From NCBI GenBank assembly GCA_963772365.1, contig CAVYXA010000001.1, positions 1,696,001-1,760,000 of the forward strand: a stretch of 64,000 nt of DNA. The letters run 5' to 3'. The notes under the pieces are model-generated. The model did no database searches, was not told the DNA's origin, and saw nothing but the letters and a program-made list of their open reading frames with translations. Of the stretch, positions 49,422 to 58,277 are shown piece by piece. The translations under genes were made by a program, and so were the position numbers. Position 1 is the first letter of the stretch. Each line of letters starts with the position of its first letter. The stretch comes from an uncultured Verrucomicrobiae bacterium. Its GTDB lineage: Bacteria; Verrucomicrobiota; Verrucomicrobiia; Chthoniobacterales; UBA10450.

Positions 49422-50576
49422 ATGGCGAAATACAAAATTGCTTGGATGCCCGGGGACGGAGTCGGACACGATGTGATGGAGGCGGCGCGTCTCGTTTTGG
49501 ATCGGCTGAAACTCGACGCCGAGTATGTGCCGTGCGACATCGGTTGGGAATTTTGGTGTAAGGAAGGGAACGCGCTTCCCGATCGCACGGTGAAAGCGCT
49601 GAAGGAGACAACATGCGGACTGTTCGGCGCGATTACGAGTAAACCGCAGGACAAAGCCAAGGACGAATTGAGTCCGGAATTGAAGGGCAAAGGCCTCGTC
49701 TACTTTTCGCCCATTGTCGGACTGCGCCAGATGTTCAACCTCCACACCAACATGCGGCCGTGCAAAAGTTATCCGGGCAATCCATTAAACTTTCGCGGCA
49801 ACAAAATTACGAACCCGAGCGGCGAAGATGTCCCGATCGATCAGGTCGTTTTTCGGGAAAACACCGAAGGGATGTACGGCGGCGTGGAGTTTTTCCCGTT
49901 GCCGGAATCGGTTTACACCGCGCTTTGTGCGAATCCGAAGATGAAGAAGTGGAAAGACAAAGCGGGCTTGGGAAACATCGCGCTCTCCACGCGGATCATG
50001 AGCAAGCAAGGTTGCACCAGCATCTGCAAGCAAGCCTTCGACTACGCCAAGAAAACCGGACGCAAACGCGTCACGCTGATCGAAAAACCGAACGTGCTGC
50101 GCGAGACCGGCGGGCTGATGATGCGTCGCTTCAACGAGGTCGCGAAAAATTATCCTGGGATTCAGGCCGATGAAGCCAACATCGACGCCATCTGCATGTG
50201 GATGTTCAAGAACCCGCAGGATTACTCCGTGCTCGTAGCCGAAAATATGTTCGGCGACATTGTTAGCGACTTGTGCGCCGGCCTGGTCGGCGGCCTCGGC
50301 TTCGCGCCGAGCGCCAACCTCGGGGACAACTACGCCGTGTTCGAGCCGACGCACGGCTCAGCCCCGAAATACGCCGGCCAATACAAGGTCAATCCGATCG
50401 CAATGCTGCTAACGACAAAGCTGATGCTCGACTGGCTTAAGGAGAATGATATGGCAACGCGTTTGGAGTCCGCGATTGCCCGCGTCATCAAGGAAGGCAA
50501 AGTCCGCACCTACGACATGGGAGGCAAAGCATCCACATTAGATGTTGCGAAGGCGATCGCGGATTATGCCGGGTAG
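49422..50576 (+). CDS. Isocitrate/isopropylmalate-family dehydrogenase (probably homoisocitrate DH)
   Basis: PGDGVG, FRENTEG.Y, K.NVL, NMFGDIVSD, FEPTHGSAPKYAG; next to homoaconitase. Confidence 0.88.
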   Translation: MAKYKIAWMPGDGVGHDVMEAARLVLDRLKLDAEYVPCDIGWEFWCKEGNALPDRTVKALKETTCGLFGAITSKPQDKAKDELSPELKGKGLVYFSPIVGLRQMFNLHTNMRPCKSYPGNPLNFRGNKITNPSGEDVPIDQVVFRENTEGMYGGVEFFPLPESVYTALCANPKMKKWKDKAGLGNIALSTRIMSKQGCTSICKQAFDYAKKTGRKRVTLIEKPNVLRETGGLMMRRFNEVAKNYPGIQADEANIDAICMWMFKNPQDYSVLVAENMFGDIVSDLCAGLVGGLGFAPSANLGDNYAVFEPTHGSAPKYAGQYKVNPIAMLLTTKLMLDWLKENDMATRLESAIARVIKEGKVRTYDMGGKASTLDVAKAIADYAG

Positions 50577-50681
50577 CGGTCGCCGCGGCGACTTGGTTTC
50601 GGCGTCGTGCCGAAACAGGCATTCGTTGACCTCGACAATTGGGCGCATGGGGTCGGGCTTACGTCAGTATAATATTCCAAC

Positions 50682-50720
50682 AATAATATTATTGACTTAC
50701 TTTTGAGATCGATGTAATAC
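50682..50720 (+). promoter_or_regulatory. Sigma-70 promoter and palindromic operator of the TA operon
   Basis: TTGACT-17 bp-TAATAC (50692-50720) overlapped by the perfect palindrome AATAATATTATT (50682-50693). Confidence 0.6.
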
Positions 50721-50728
50721 CATCTATC

Positions 50729-50974
50729 ATGAATCCAACACCAAAAACCGACACTGTGATGTTCACTGTCAAAGGGCAGGTCGTGATTCCCCGATGGCTG
50801 CGCAAAGACTTCGAGATCGACGAGGGAACCCGCGCCGTCGTTTACAAGCACAACGACCATATCGTGCTGAAACCGCTGACGGCCCAGCATTATCGCCGTC
50901 TACGAGGATCGCTCAAAGGCACAAAGGCGATGGAGGTATTCATGTCGGAACGGAAGCGCGAGCGAGAGCTTTAA
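50729..50974 (+). CDS. AbrB/MazE-type antitoxin
   Basis: TVKGQVVIPRWLRKDFEIDEG. Confidence 0.9.
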   Translation: MNPTPKTDTVMFTVKGQVVIPRWLRKDFEIDEGTRAVVYKHNDHIVLKPLTAQHYRRLRGSLKGTKAMEVFMSERKREREL

Positions 50975-50975
50975 T

Positions 50976-51386
50976 ATGACGATGGTTTTGGATGCTCACG
51001 CCCTGATGGTCTTGTTTAACGACGAGCCAGGTGCAGAAGAGGTCGAAAAGCTTCTTATCAGAGCCGAGAGCGGAAGTCCGAAACTCCTGATGAGCGTCGT
51101 GAATTGGGGGGAGATTTACTACTCTATCCTTCGCGGGGCGTCGCAAGAAATCGCTGAGGCGAAAGCCCATGAGATCGCCGGGATGCAAATTGAGCTTGTA
51201 CCGGTAGACGCGCGCGACTTGGAACTGGTGCGCCAAGCTGCGGTTTTCAAAGCCACAAAGAAAATGTCATACGCAGACTGTTTTGCGGCGGCTTTGGCTA
51301 AGATCAACAACGCCGAGCTACTGACGGGCGATTCCGAGTTCAAGGTCGTCGAGAGGGAACTAAAGAAAATCAGATGGTTGAGATGA
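50976..51386 (+). CDS. vapC: PIN-domain VapC toxin
   Basis: VLDAHAL, VNWGEIYY, MSYADCFAAALA, LLTGDSEF. Confidence 0.92.
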   Translation: MTMVLDAHALMVLFNDEPGAEEVEKLLIRAESGSPKLLMSVVNWGEIYYSILRGASQEIAEAKAHEIAGMQIELVPVDARDLELVRQAAVFKATKKMSYADCFAAALAKINNAELLTGDSEFKVVERELKKIRWLR

Positions 51387-51526
51387 AACTGGAAGCCGGC
51401 ATTGCTGCAAAGGCCAATCCGGCTCGGATCGTCATCAAGGAAGGCAAAGTGCGGACCTACGACATGGGTGGAAAAGGTTCCAGGCTTGATGTCGCCAAAG
51501 CCATCGCCGATTACGCCAGTTCATAA
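51383..51526 (+). pseudogene. Diverged second copy of the dehydrogenase 3' end
   Basis: KLEAGIAA[KANPARI]VIKEGKVRTYDMGGKGSRLDVAKAIADYASS vs RLESAIARVIKEGKVRTYDMGGKASTLDVAKAIADYAG. Confidence 0.9.
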
Positions 51527-51574
51527 ACTGAGAAGATCGACATCTATCGACAGAACGCATAGAGCTGAGTTCGA

Positions 51575-52117
51575 ATGAAATTGCAGCTCGAAGATTTGCA
51601 GATCGTCGACCTCACAAAGTATCAAACTGACGTTTACGTTCCTTTGAATCGCGCTCTGCGCGGTTTCGAACCAGTAACGATGGCCGATTTGGTGATGGCG
51701 AAAAAAATCGATAGCGCAATTACACGCGCGGCAATTCCGCGAGACATGATCGTGTATCGCGGTTTTATGCGAAACGTGGTCAACGGGCTGGAGCCGGGCG
51801 ACACTTTTACTGATAACGGATTCTCCTCCGCCAGTCTCTCTGAAACAGTCGCGCGGGACAGATTCGCCTACGGCGGCGGGGCGATTTTTCAGTTCGTTGC
51901 TCGGAAGGGCACGCACGCGATTTATCTCGACGATTTTATAAAGTTCCCGAAACCGGAGTTAGAGATCCTCTTTCCGCCCGGCACTTCCTTCCGAATTCTG
52001 AGCAAACAAATCCGACACGGAATCACATACTTTATGGTCGAATTGATATCAGCTAACCCGACGACCGGTGACACTTTGCAGGCGACGACTGCTTCGCGCG
52101 GTTTGGCGACGAGCTGA
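51575..52117 (+). CDS. Stand-alone ADP-ribosyltransferase (VIP2/ExoS-like R-S-E clade)
   Basis: Y..LN..LR, VYRG, GFSSASL, ELEILF. Confidence 0.8.
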   Translation: MKLQLEDLQIVDLTKYQTDVYVPLNRALRGFEPVTMADLVMAKKIDSAITRAAIPRDMIVYRGFMRNVVNGLEPGDTFTDNGFSSASLSETVARDRFAYGGGAIFQFVARKGTHAIYLDDFIKFPKPELEILFPPGTSFRILSKQIRHGITYFMVELISANPTTGDTLQATTASRGLATS

Positions 52118-52164
52118 TTAAGGTGCAATTTCGGCGTCAAATGTGCTAAATCGGATTGGAACGA

Positions 52165-53297
52165 ATGCGAAACATCTTTCTCTTGTACATGCCGCTAGGC
52201 AATGCCGAGGCGATGGTGCACTATCAGGACACGATACGCAATAAAGTCGCGTTTTTGAGCGTATCGCGCCGCACGTCTCCTCGAGTTTAGCTCGGAACCT
52301 GCAACAAGTTTTCGGAACTCACTCGATCGCTGTTTGGGGTTCGCGCGACTCATCGGCGAACAGAGCGAAATTCGATCGAATGGCGGAAGGTGACGAGATA
52401 CTGATTGTAGAAGGAGAGACGATTAAATTGTTGGGGCGAGTTGCCGGAAAAGTGGTAAGCCCAACACTTTCGGCGGAGCTGTGGAAAAACCTCCGTGGTG
52501 ACACCATCCAAGGATGGGATCTGATTTATTTCATCGCAAATTCAAGAGAGATCGATCTCCCGTTCGCGGAATTTTGCTGCCTGTTCGGATACGAAAAGCA
52601 TTTCCAACTGCGTGGATTTACGGGTATTTCGAAGGAACGACTCGAAACGTTCTATGCTCAGTACGACGATCTTTATTCGATTCTTCTGCGCCTGAAAAAA
52701 GGCGACCGAATTCAGGAGCTTCCGGAGCCGGAAGCATTCAAACCGCCTCCGCGTCGTGATGAAGAACTAAGTGCAAAACCCGAACGCGAGTTATCTGATC
52801 ATCTTCGCATGCAATGGTTGCTTTTGAAAATGGGTCGCCAAGCCGGTGAGAAGGTTTGGGCGCCGAAGAATGATCAACAACGAATCACCGCTGAATACAA
52901 GTTTGCGGATTTCACGGAAACCTTCACGGCGGGTTTAGACACTCAGGCAAAATACGTCGAGAACATCGATGTAGTTTGGAAAGAAGAATTCAGGATTGAC
53001 GCCGCATTCGAAATTGAAAACAGCACATCGATATATTCGGGCTTACTTCGCTTTGCGGACTTAACCATGGTCGCGCCGAATACCGTTTATCCAATGTTCA
53101 TCGTTGCGCCCGGCGAGAGACGCAATCGCGTCCGGGAACAGTTAGCGCGACCAAGTTTTCGATACCTCGGCATCTACGAGAAAGTTCGCTATCTGTCTTA
53201 TGAAAAGCTCAACGAAATTGAGGAGTTTTTTGATGAAGCGAAATCTGGGTTGAGTGTCGAGGTCTTCGTAGGTAAGTCGGAATCGCTGCCCGCGTAG
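52165..53297 (+). pseudogene. Putative PD-(D/E)XK restriction-like nuclease with N-terminal PUA/EVE-like domain, frameshifted at T5 (52252-52256)
   Basis: IDVVW...AAFEIENSTSIYSGLLRFADL; ATG 52165 frame (MRNIFLLY...) joins the 52380 frame if the T run gains one base. Confidence 0.65.
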
Positions 53298-53301
53298 AGC
53301 T

Positions 53302-55263
53302 TCATCGGGTTTCTTCGCCGCTCTCATGAAGTTGCAAGGCTGTAAGGAATGGATCGTCTAAATCCATGTCGACATCGTGTTCGGGCGCGACGCGCTTGAA
53401 GCCCGCATACATGAGGCACATCAGATGCAGCCCGGAAAACTTCCTGTCTGGAATGCTACGGAGTTCATATTTTTCATCTGGTGATGCGTAGTCGAGGCCG
53501 TTCCTGCCAAGCAGTGCGATTTCAAACGCGACGTTGCGAACTTGCTCCGTCGTCATGGCATCGAACCGCTTGAACGCATCCAGGAAATAGAAAATGGCCG
53601 CGGGCTGTTTTTCTTTGAGCAGCGCCGGATTAGTCGTGCCCTGTTTGAGCGGTTGGGCGCTCGCTTCGTGATGGCCGGGGTCAGGACGCCATTCATACCA
53701 GTCCCGCAGACCAACCATATCGGCAAACTCGTCTACCAATCGGTATTCGTCGCCCGGCTCGAGATTTTTCGCCCGCTCCTGCCAGTGTTTCCAGAGTCGT
53801 TGCGACAGCGCAAACATCTCCAGACTGCGATACGGTGCGGAGAATGTCGAAGCTCCTTGAAAGAGATCGTCTAGGAACTCGGCGTAAGCGCCGTTTAACG
53901 CGAGACTCGCTTGAAAAATCTTTCGTGGCGTGAGCCGACGGATCTCCGGATTGCTGTTCGTTTCCCACGCTTCCATCGCCAGCTTTCTGACCGAGAGAAA
54001 TTGCGCGGGCTGGAGTGGCTTGAACGTGTCGCGGATATGTCGCTCAATCAGCATATCCACGGGACAGTTGAACAAGAATTCGCAAAGCCCGTTGATCAGC
54101 GTCAACGTGACCTCAGTAATCTTCTTCTCGGGGTATCCAGCCTTTTCCCATTTGCGAACATCGCTGGCGACAGATCTGATAGCAGTCTCTCGTGTGTTGG
54201 CGGTGGTCGCGAAGAAAAGATTCTTGCCGATCGCGCGGGCCTCAGATTCCAGCTTGAGGTGAGTGAGTTCGTGACTCTCTAAGTGGGCAACTAACGGGGG
54301 GGGGTAATCCGCTCTAATCTTGATCAAGTGGAAGTCGCGGTTGTGTTTCCAAGCCATTTGGATATTCGCGCCCATCTTGCTTGCGAAATTCTCTTCCTGA
54401 ACGCGAATCGGAAAGCCGGACAGACTTTCCATTTCCGCTTTGTAGTTCTGGACAAGCTTGAACGCTTCAGACTGGTTGCGCCCCGCGAGATCAACTTGCA
54501 GTTTGGCGAAGAGTCGCCGTGCACCGTCGTAAACCGGTTTCGACCGCACGTCTTGCATCTTTGCCTTCAGGAACATTCGACTAAGCGTTTCAAGCGCGGC
54601 GTCTGGCTTGTGCGCGGAATCGAAGGCCATGGCCTCGCCGTAATAAGCATTGGCGAAATCAGGATTTGCGGCAATGGCTTGTTCAAACAGCTTGATCGCT
54701 TCGTCGGTTTTGCCGCGATCGTGGTAAATCGCCGCAAGACTGTTCAACGCCCACGCGTCGTTAGGCGCGATCTCCAGTGCTTTGTGAAGAAATTTTTCGC
54801 CCGTTTCCTTGTCCGACTTCGCACGGATGTAAAGATTGGCTAGTACCACCCAACTCCAAGCATCTTTTGGATCAAGACGTAGAACTTCGATCAGGTGGTT
54901 TGAGGCACTCTCAACATCACCAACTTCGACATAGGCCATTGCGAGATCGCGACGGGCGGCATGAAACGAAGGCTGCAGCTCGAGGACTCGCTTATATATT
55001 CCGATCGCTTTTTCGTAATTGCCTTCTTTCGCACGTTTCACTGCCCTGTCCGCGAGCCGTCTTGCCTCGTCTTTCTTCGCATCAGCCTCTTCGGGAAATG
55101 AGATGACAACCTCATCTCCTTCAAGCATCACGGCGATTGGCTTTGGCAAAAACGCATAATGTTTCAGAACGTAGGCCGTGATTGCCACTAACTCCCTTGG
55201 GTAGTCACGAGTTTGCGGCTCGACTTCGAATAGATCTGAAACTTTCAACCGGATTTCCTTCAT
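53302..55263 (-). CDS. TPR protein with HExxH (zincin-like) C-terminal region
   Basis: About 5 TPRs, then SHELTHL; start taken at MKEIRLK. Confidence 0.75.
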   Translation of the reverse strand: MKEIRLKVSDLFEVEPQTRDYPRELVAITAYVLKHYAFLPKPIAVMLEGDEVVISFPEEADAKKDEARRLADRAVKRAKEGNYEKAIGIYKRVLELQPSFHAARRDLAMAYVEVGDVESASNHLIEVLRLDPKDAWSWVVLANLYIRAKSDKETGEKFLHKALEIAPNDAWALNSLAAIYHDRGKTDEAIKLFEQAIAANPDFANAYYGEAMAFDSAHKPDAALETLSRMFLKAKMQDVRSKPVYDGARRLFAKLQVDLAGRNQSEAFKLVQNYKAEMESLSGFPIRVQEENFASKMGANIQMAWKHNRDFHLIKIRADYPPPLVAHLESHELTHLKLESEARAIGKNLFFATTANTRETAIRSVASDVRKWEKAGYPEKKITEVTLTLINGLCEFLFNCPVDMLIERHIRDTFKPLQPAQFLSVRKLAMEAWETNSNPEIRRLTPRKIFQASLALNGAYAEFLDDLFQGASTFSAPYRSLEMFALSQRLWKHWQERAKNLEPGDEYRLVDEFADMVGLRDWYEWRPDPGHHEASAQPLKQGTTNPALLKEKQPAAIFYFLDAFKRFDAMTTEQVRNVAFEIALLGRNGLDYASPDEKYELRSIPDRKFSGLHLMCLMYAGFKRVAPEHDVDMDLDDPFLTALQLHESGEETR

Positions 55264-55360
55264 CGCCGGGAACGCAATGTTTATCGCAAGATCGACAGTC
55301 GCGCTACTCACTTCGCTCAACGCGACTCCGCCTACCATCACTGAAGTTTGCGACGGTCAT

Positions 55361-55389
55361 CCGCCTTCGCACAGCTTCGGCGTGACAAG
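55361..55389. repeat. Short REP-like element (CCGCCTTCGC...GCTTCGGCG)
   Basis: Imperfect hairpin at the island-internal junction; single clear copy in the window. Confidence 0.4.
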
Positions 55390-55415
55390 AAGCCCGCTAG
55401 CGCTACAGAAGAAGG

Positions 55416-56511
55416 ATGAAAACGACGCTCGTCATCCTCGCGCTTTTGCTGCCGGTCCGGCTCGCCGTTTGGACGAGCTCGTCCGGTGGCGAGCTCGGAC
55501 TCTTCGCGTCGGAGCTGAAGGACAAACTCAAACCTGGCCTCGACGCGATCACGCCGGAAAAAATGCTGGCGCACATCAAAACGCTTTCGTCTGATGAATT
55601 CGAAGGCCGCGCGCCCGGTTCCAAAGGCGAGGAGCTCTCGATCAAGTACATCGAGGAGCAATTCAAGAAGATCGGGTTGAAGCCGGGAAATCCGAATGGC
55701 AGTTATTTTCAGGAAGTTCCGCTGGCCGGAATCACGAGCGATCCGCACATGACTTTCACCGTCACGGGCAAGCCGGCAATGGATTTGAAATTTCAGGATG
55801 ACTTCGTCGCGTCATCGGCGCGGTTGCAGGATAAGATCGACATCGACAATTCGGATATCGTCTTTGTCGGTTATGGAATCGTCGCGCCGGAATATGGCTG
55901 GAACGATTACAAGGATGTCGATGTTCGGGGCAAAACGATTCTGATGTTGATCAACGACCCGCCGATTCCCGATCCGCACGATCCGCAAAAGCTGGACGAG
56001 AAAATGTTCAAAGGCCGCGCGATGACCTATTACGGCCGCTGGACTTACAACGCTGGCCGATATCAACATCGACAGTATGAACGTCTGGGGCAAAGCGCGC
56101 GACGTTGAAGACACCAGTTTCGGCTTTTCCGATCTCGACGACATGCTCGCTGCCGCGGCGAAACGCCAGGGCCGGGTCATGATTCCAAATCCGCGTCCCG
56201 AGAAAGGAAGTATTTATCGCGCGGACAACTTCGAATTCAGCAAAGTGGGTCTGCCGTCCCTTTACTTAGGTAACAAAGTTCATCTTCTTTCGCGACCCGA
56301 GAATGCGCCACTGCGCACCGACGAATTCGATGCAAAGGATTACCATCAAGTCAGCGACGAAATTCATTCCGATTGGGACCTGAGCGGCGCCGTCCAGGAT
56401 GTCGATCTTCTATTCGAAGTTGGCTATCAAGTCGCCAACGGCAAAAAGTCTCCAGAATGGAAACCCGGAAACGAGTTCCGCGTAAAGCGCTTCGCGCCAC
56501 GCGGTCATTAA
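55416..56511 (+). pseudogene. M28 peptidase with a large internal deletion
   Basis: [12 protein letters not shown] and PA domain to YYGRWTY, then an out-of-frame jump at about 56050 to [10 protein letters not shown]...YRADNF...DYHQVSDE; central metal-binding motifs missing. Confidence 0.85.
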
Positions 56512-56523
56512 TCGGCGAGCAGA

Positions 56524-56595
56524 ATGTTTTACGTATATCTGCTCCATTCCGAATCTGACTCCGGCCTATTGTCGGATACTCTGCAGAGCTGAGAC
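56524..56595 (+). pseudogene. GIY-YIG nuclease N-terminal remnant
   Basis: MFYVYLLHSESDSGL then, after a frameshift, VGYSAELR. Confidence 0.65.
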
Positions 56596-56619
56596 GCCAT
56601 CGCCGATTACGCCAGGTGA
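56596..56619 (+). repeat. Third copy of the dehydrogenase 3' end (AIADYAR*)
   Basis: GCCATCGCCGATTACGCCAG identical (20/20) to 51500-51519. Confidence 0.8.
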
Positions 56620-56664
56620 AGCGGATTTCTTGCGACGTCGTCGAGCTAACGTTACAATTGGAGC

Positions 56665-56874
56665 ATGAGCACGCTTGCTGAAATTGAGGCTGCGATTGAG
56701 CGGTTGCCCGCTCCGCAACGAGAAGAACTTGCGTTGTGGCTAGAGCGACAACGCATTCGAAAGACAGGCGTCCTCACGTCGGAGCCAGATTTTCTCGCGC
56801 GCGCGAAGGCCATTTGGGGAGAATCCCCGTCGGGAAAGCCGTTGAGTACGCTTGTCTCAGAAGCGCGAGGTTAA
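56665..56874 (+). CDS. Putative antitoxin
   Basis: MSTLAEIEAAIERLP..QREELA.WL; immediately upstream of a PIN toxin. Confidence 0.75.
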   Translation: MSTLAEIEAAIERLPAPQREELALWLERQRIRKTGVLTSEPDFLARAKAIWGESPSGKPLSTLVSEARG

Positions 56875-56877
56875 GAT

Positions 56878-57306
56878 TTGGTTTATCTCGATACCGGTTG
56901 TTTGCTGAAGCTCTACTACCCTGAGCCGGAGAGCGCGAAAGTAGTAGCGGCTGTTTCGGGCGAAACGATTGTTTTCACCGCATTGCACGAATTGGAAATC
57001 GTCACTGCGATGCAGCTGAAAGTTTTTCGCAGTGAAGCTAAGCCTGAGCAAGTGACTGCGGCACTCGACTTGGTTTATGAGGACCTCGCGGCAGGCAAAT
57101 TAACGGAGATGGCGATAGATTGGCGCACTGTTTTGAAGGACGCCACGCGGACCGCTCGAACCCATGCCGCGGCAACTGGCTGCCGATCCCTCGACATCTT
57201 GCACTGCGCTCTGGCAAAGACTGTTAGCCCGACTGTATTTTTGTCCTCTGACAATCGGCAGATTACGCTGGCGAATGCCGAGGGGCTGCGAGTCCTAACA
57301 ATCTAA
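56878..57306 (+). CDS. vapC: PIN-domain VapC toxin
   Basis: YLDTGCLLKLY..E..S, RSLDILHCALA, FLSSDNRQ...A..EGL. Confidence 0.9.
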   Translation: MVYLDTGCLLKLYYPEPESAKVVAAVSGETIVFTALHELEIVTAMQLKVFRSEAKPEQVTAALDLVYEDLAAGKLTEMAIDWRTVLKDATRTARTHAAATGCRSLDILHCALAKTVSPTVFLSSDNRQITLANAEGLRVLTI

Positions 57307-57359
57307 CGCGCTGCGCATCTGCAACGCGAAGCGTTCGACATTGCCCCAAGCAAGATCCG

Positions 57360-58277
57360 TTACTTATTGGCAATCCTTACGATGCTGCCCTTTGCCTGCG
57401 CGTCCTTTGGATCTTTCACTACGGTCACGTACAATTCTTTCTCGCCCCGGCCAAAGGCGACGTTGGTTGTTCCATCACCGGCAGCAATCTTAAATACGTG
57501 CAGAAGCTTGCCGTCGGGAGAGATTTTCAAAATCTTGCCGCCGGACCATTGCGCGACGTAGAGGTCCCCCTTGCTATCGATCTTCATGCTATCCGGACCC
57601 AGCCACCACGATTGGCTCTTGTTTTTTACGAGAAGGTTTAGCAGAGCAAAGTTCGATCTGTCGCTCAACGAGCCGTCGTCGTTGATCTTGAATTTCAAGA
57701 TGCAGTTCCCGACGGTTTCGCTGACGTAAAGAGTTTTTTGGTCGGGCGAGACGCCGATTCCGTTGGCGTAATTAAGATCATTGGCAACCTCGACCCATTC
57801 GTGACCGCCCGGCGCAAGATACAGAATCCTTCCCTCGACCAATGTGGGCACGTCTACCCAGGGACCAAAGACCGTGGCATAAGCACCACCGTTGGCGGTG
57901 ACCACGATATCATTGATGCCGCCCTCGAATGGTTTCCCGTCTTTGTCGGCATCCCAACGGCGCAACTGCTTGCCGGTCATGTCGAGTTCAAGAATGGCGC
58001 CATGTTCGTCGGTGCATGCCAGCAGGAGCGTCTTTCGTTTGGTGAGCGCCAATCCGTTATGGCCGCAGCCCGGAGTATGGTTTAACACCGTCGTTGTTTT
58101 TCCATCCCATTTCGACAGCGTGTTTGAGACCCAGCCAACGTAGTAAAGGTTGCCGTCAACGTACAACGGACCTTCGGGTCCAAGGACATTGCTGACGACG
58201 ACTGTTTCGTCGGCATACGCTGTCGCAGCCGCCAGCACTGCGCCAACAGCGCAGCAGATAATTTTACTTATCTTCAT
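57360..58277 (-). CDS. SMP-30/gluconolactonase family exported protein
   Basis: GPEGP, INDIVV, YANGIGVSPDQKTLYV, PDSMKIDSKGDLYVA, TNVAFG. Confidence 0.9.
   Translation of the reverse strand: MKISKIICCAVGAVLAAATAYADETVVVSNVLGPEGPLYVDGNLYYVGWVSNTLSKWDGKTTTVLNHTPGCGHNGLALTKRKTLLLACTDEHGAILELDMTGKQLRRWDADKDGKPFEGGINDIVVTANGGAYATVFGPWVDVPTLVEGRILYLAPGGHEWVEVANDLNYANGIGVSPDQKTLYVSETVGNCILKFKINDDGSLSDRSNFALLNLLVKNKSQSWWLGPDSMKIDSKGDLYVAQWSGGKILKISPDGKLLHVFKIAAGDGTTNVAFGRGEKELYVTVVKDPKDAQAKGSIVRIANK

Noticed and set aside
50459..51526. Diversity-generating retroelement template/variable repeat pair
   Set aside because: Differences are mostly synonymous and not adenine-specific, and there is no reverse transcriptase.
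57301..57339. attC-like site after vapC (ATCTAAC...GTTCGAC) suggesting an integron
   Set aside because: Too short for an attC, imperfect core site, not repeated after other cassettes, and no integron integrase in the window.
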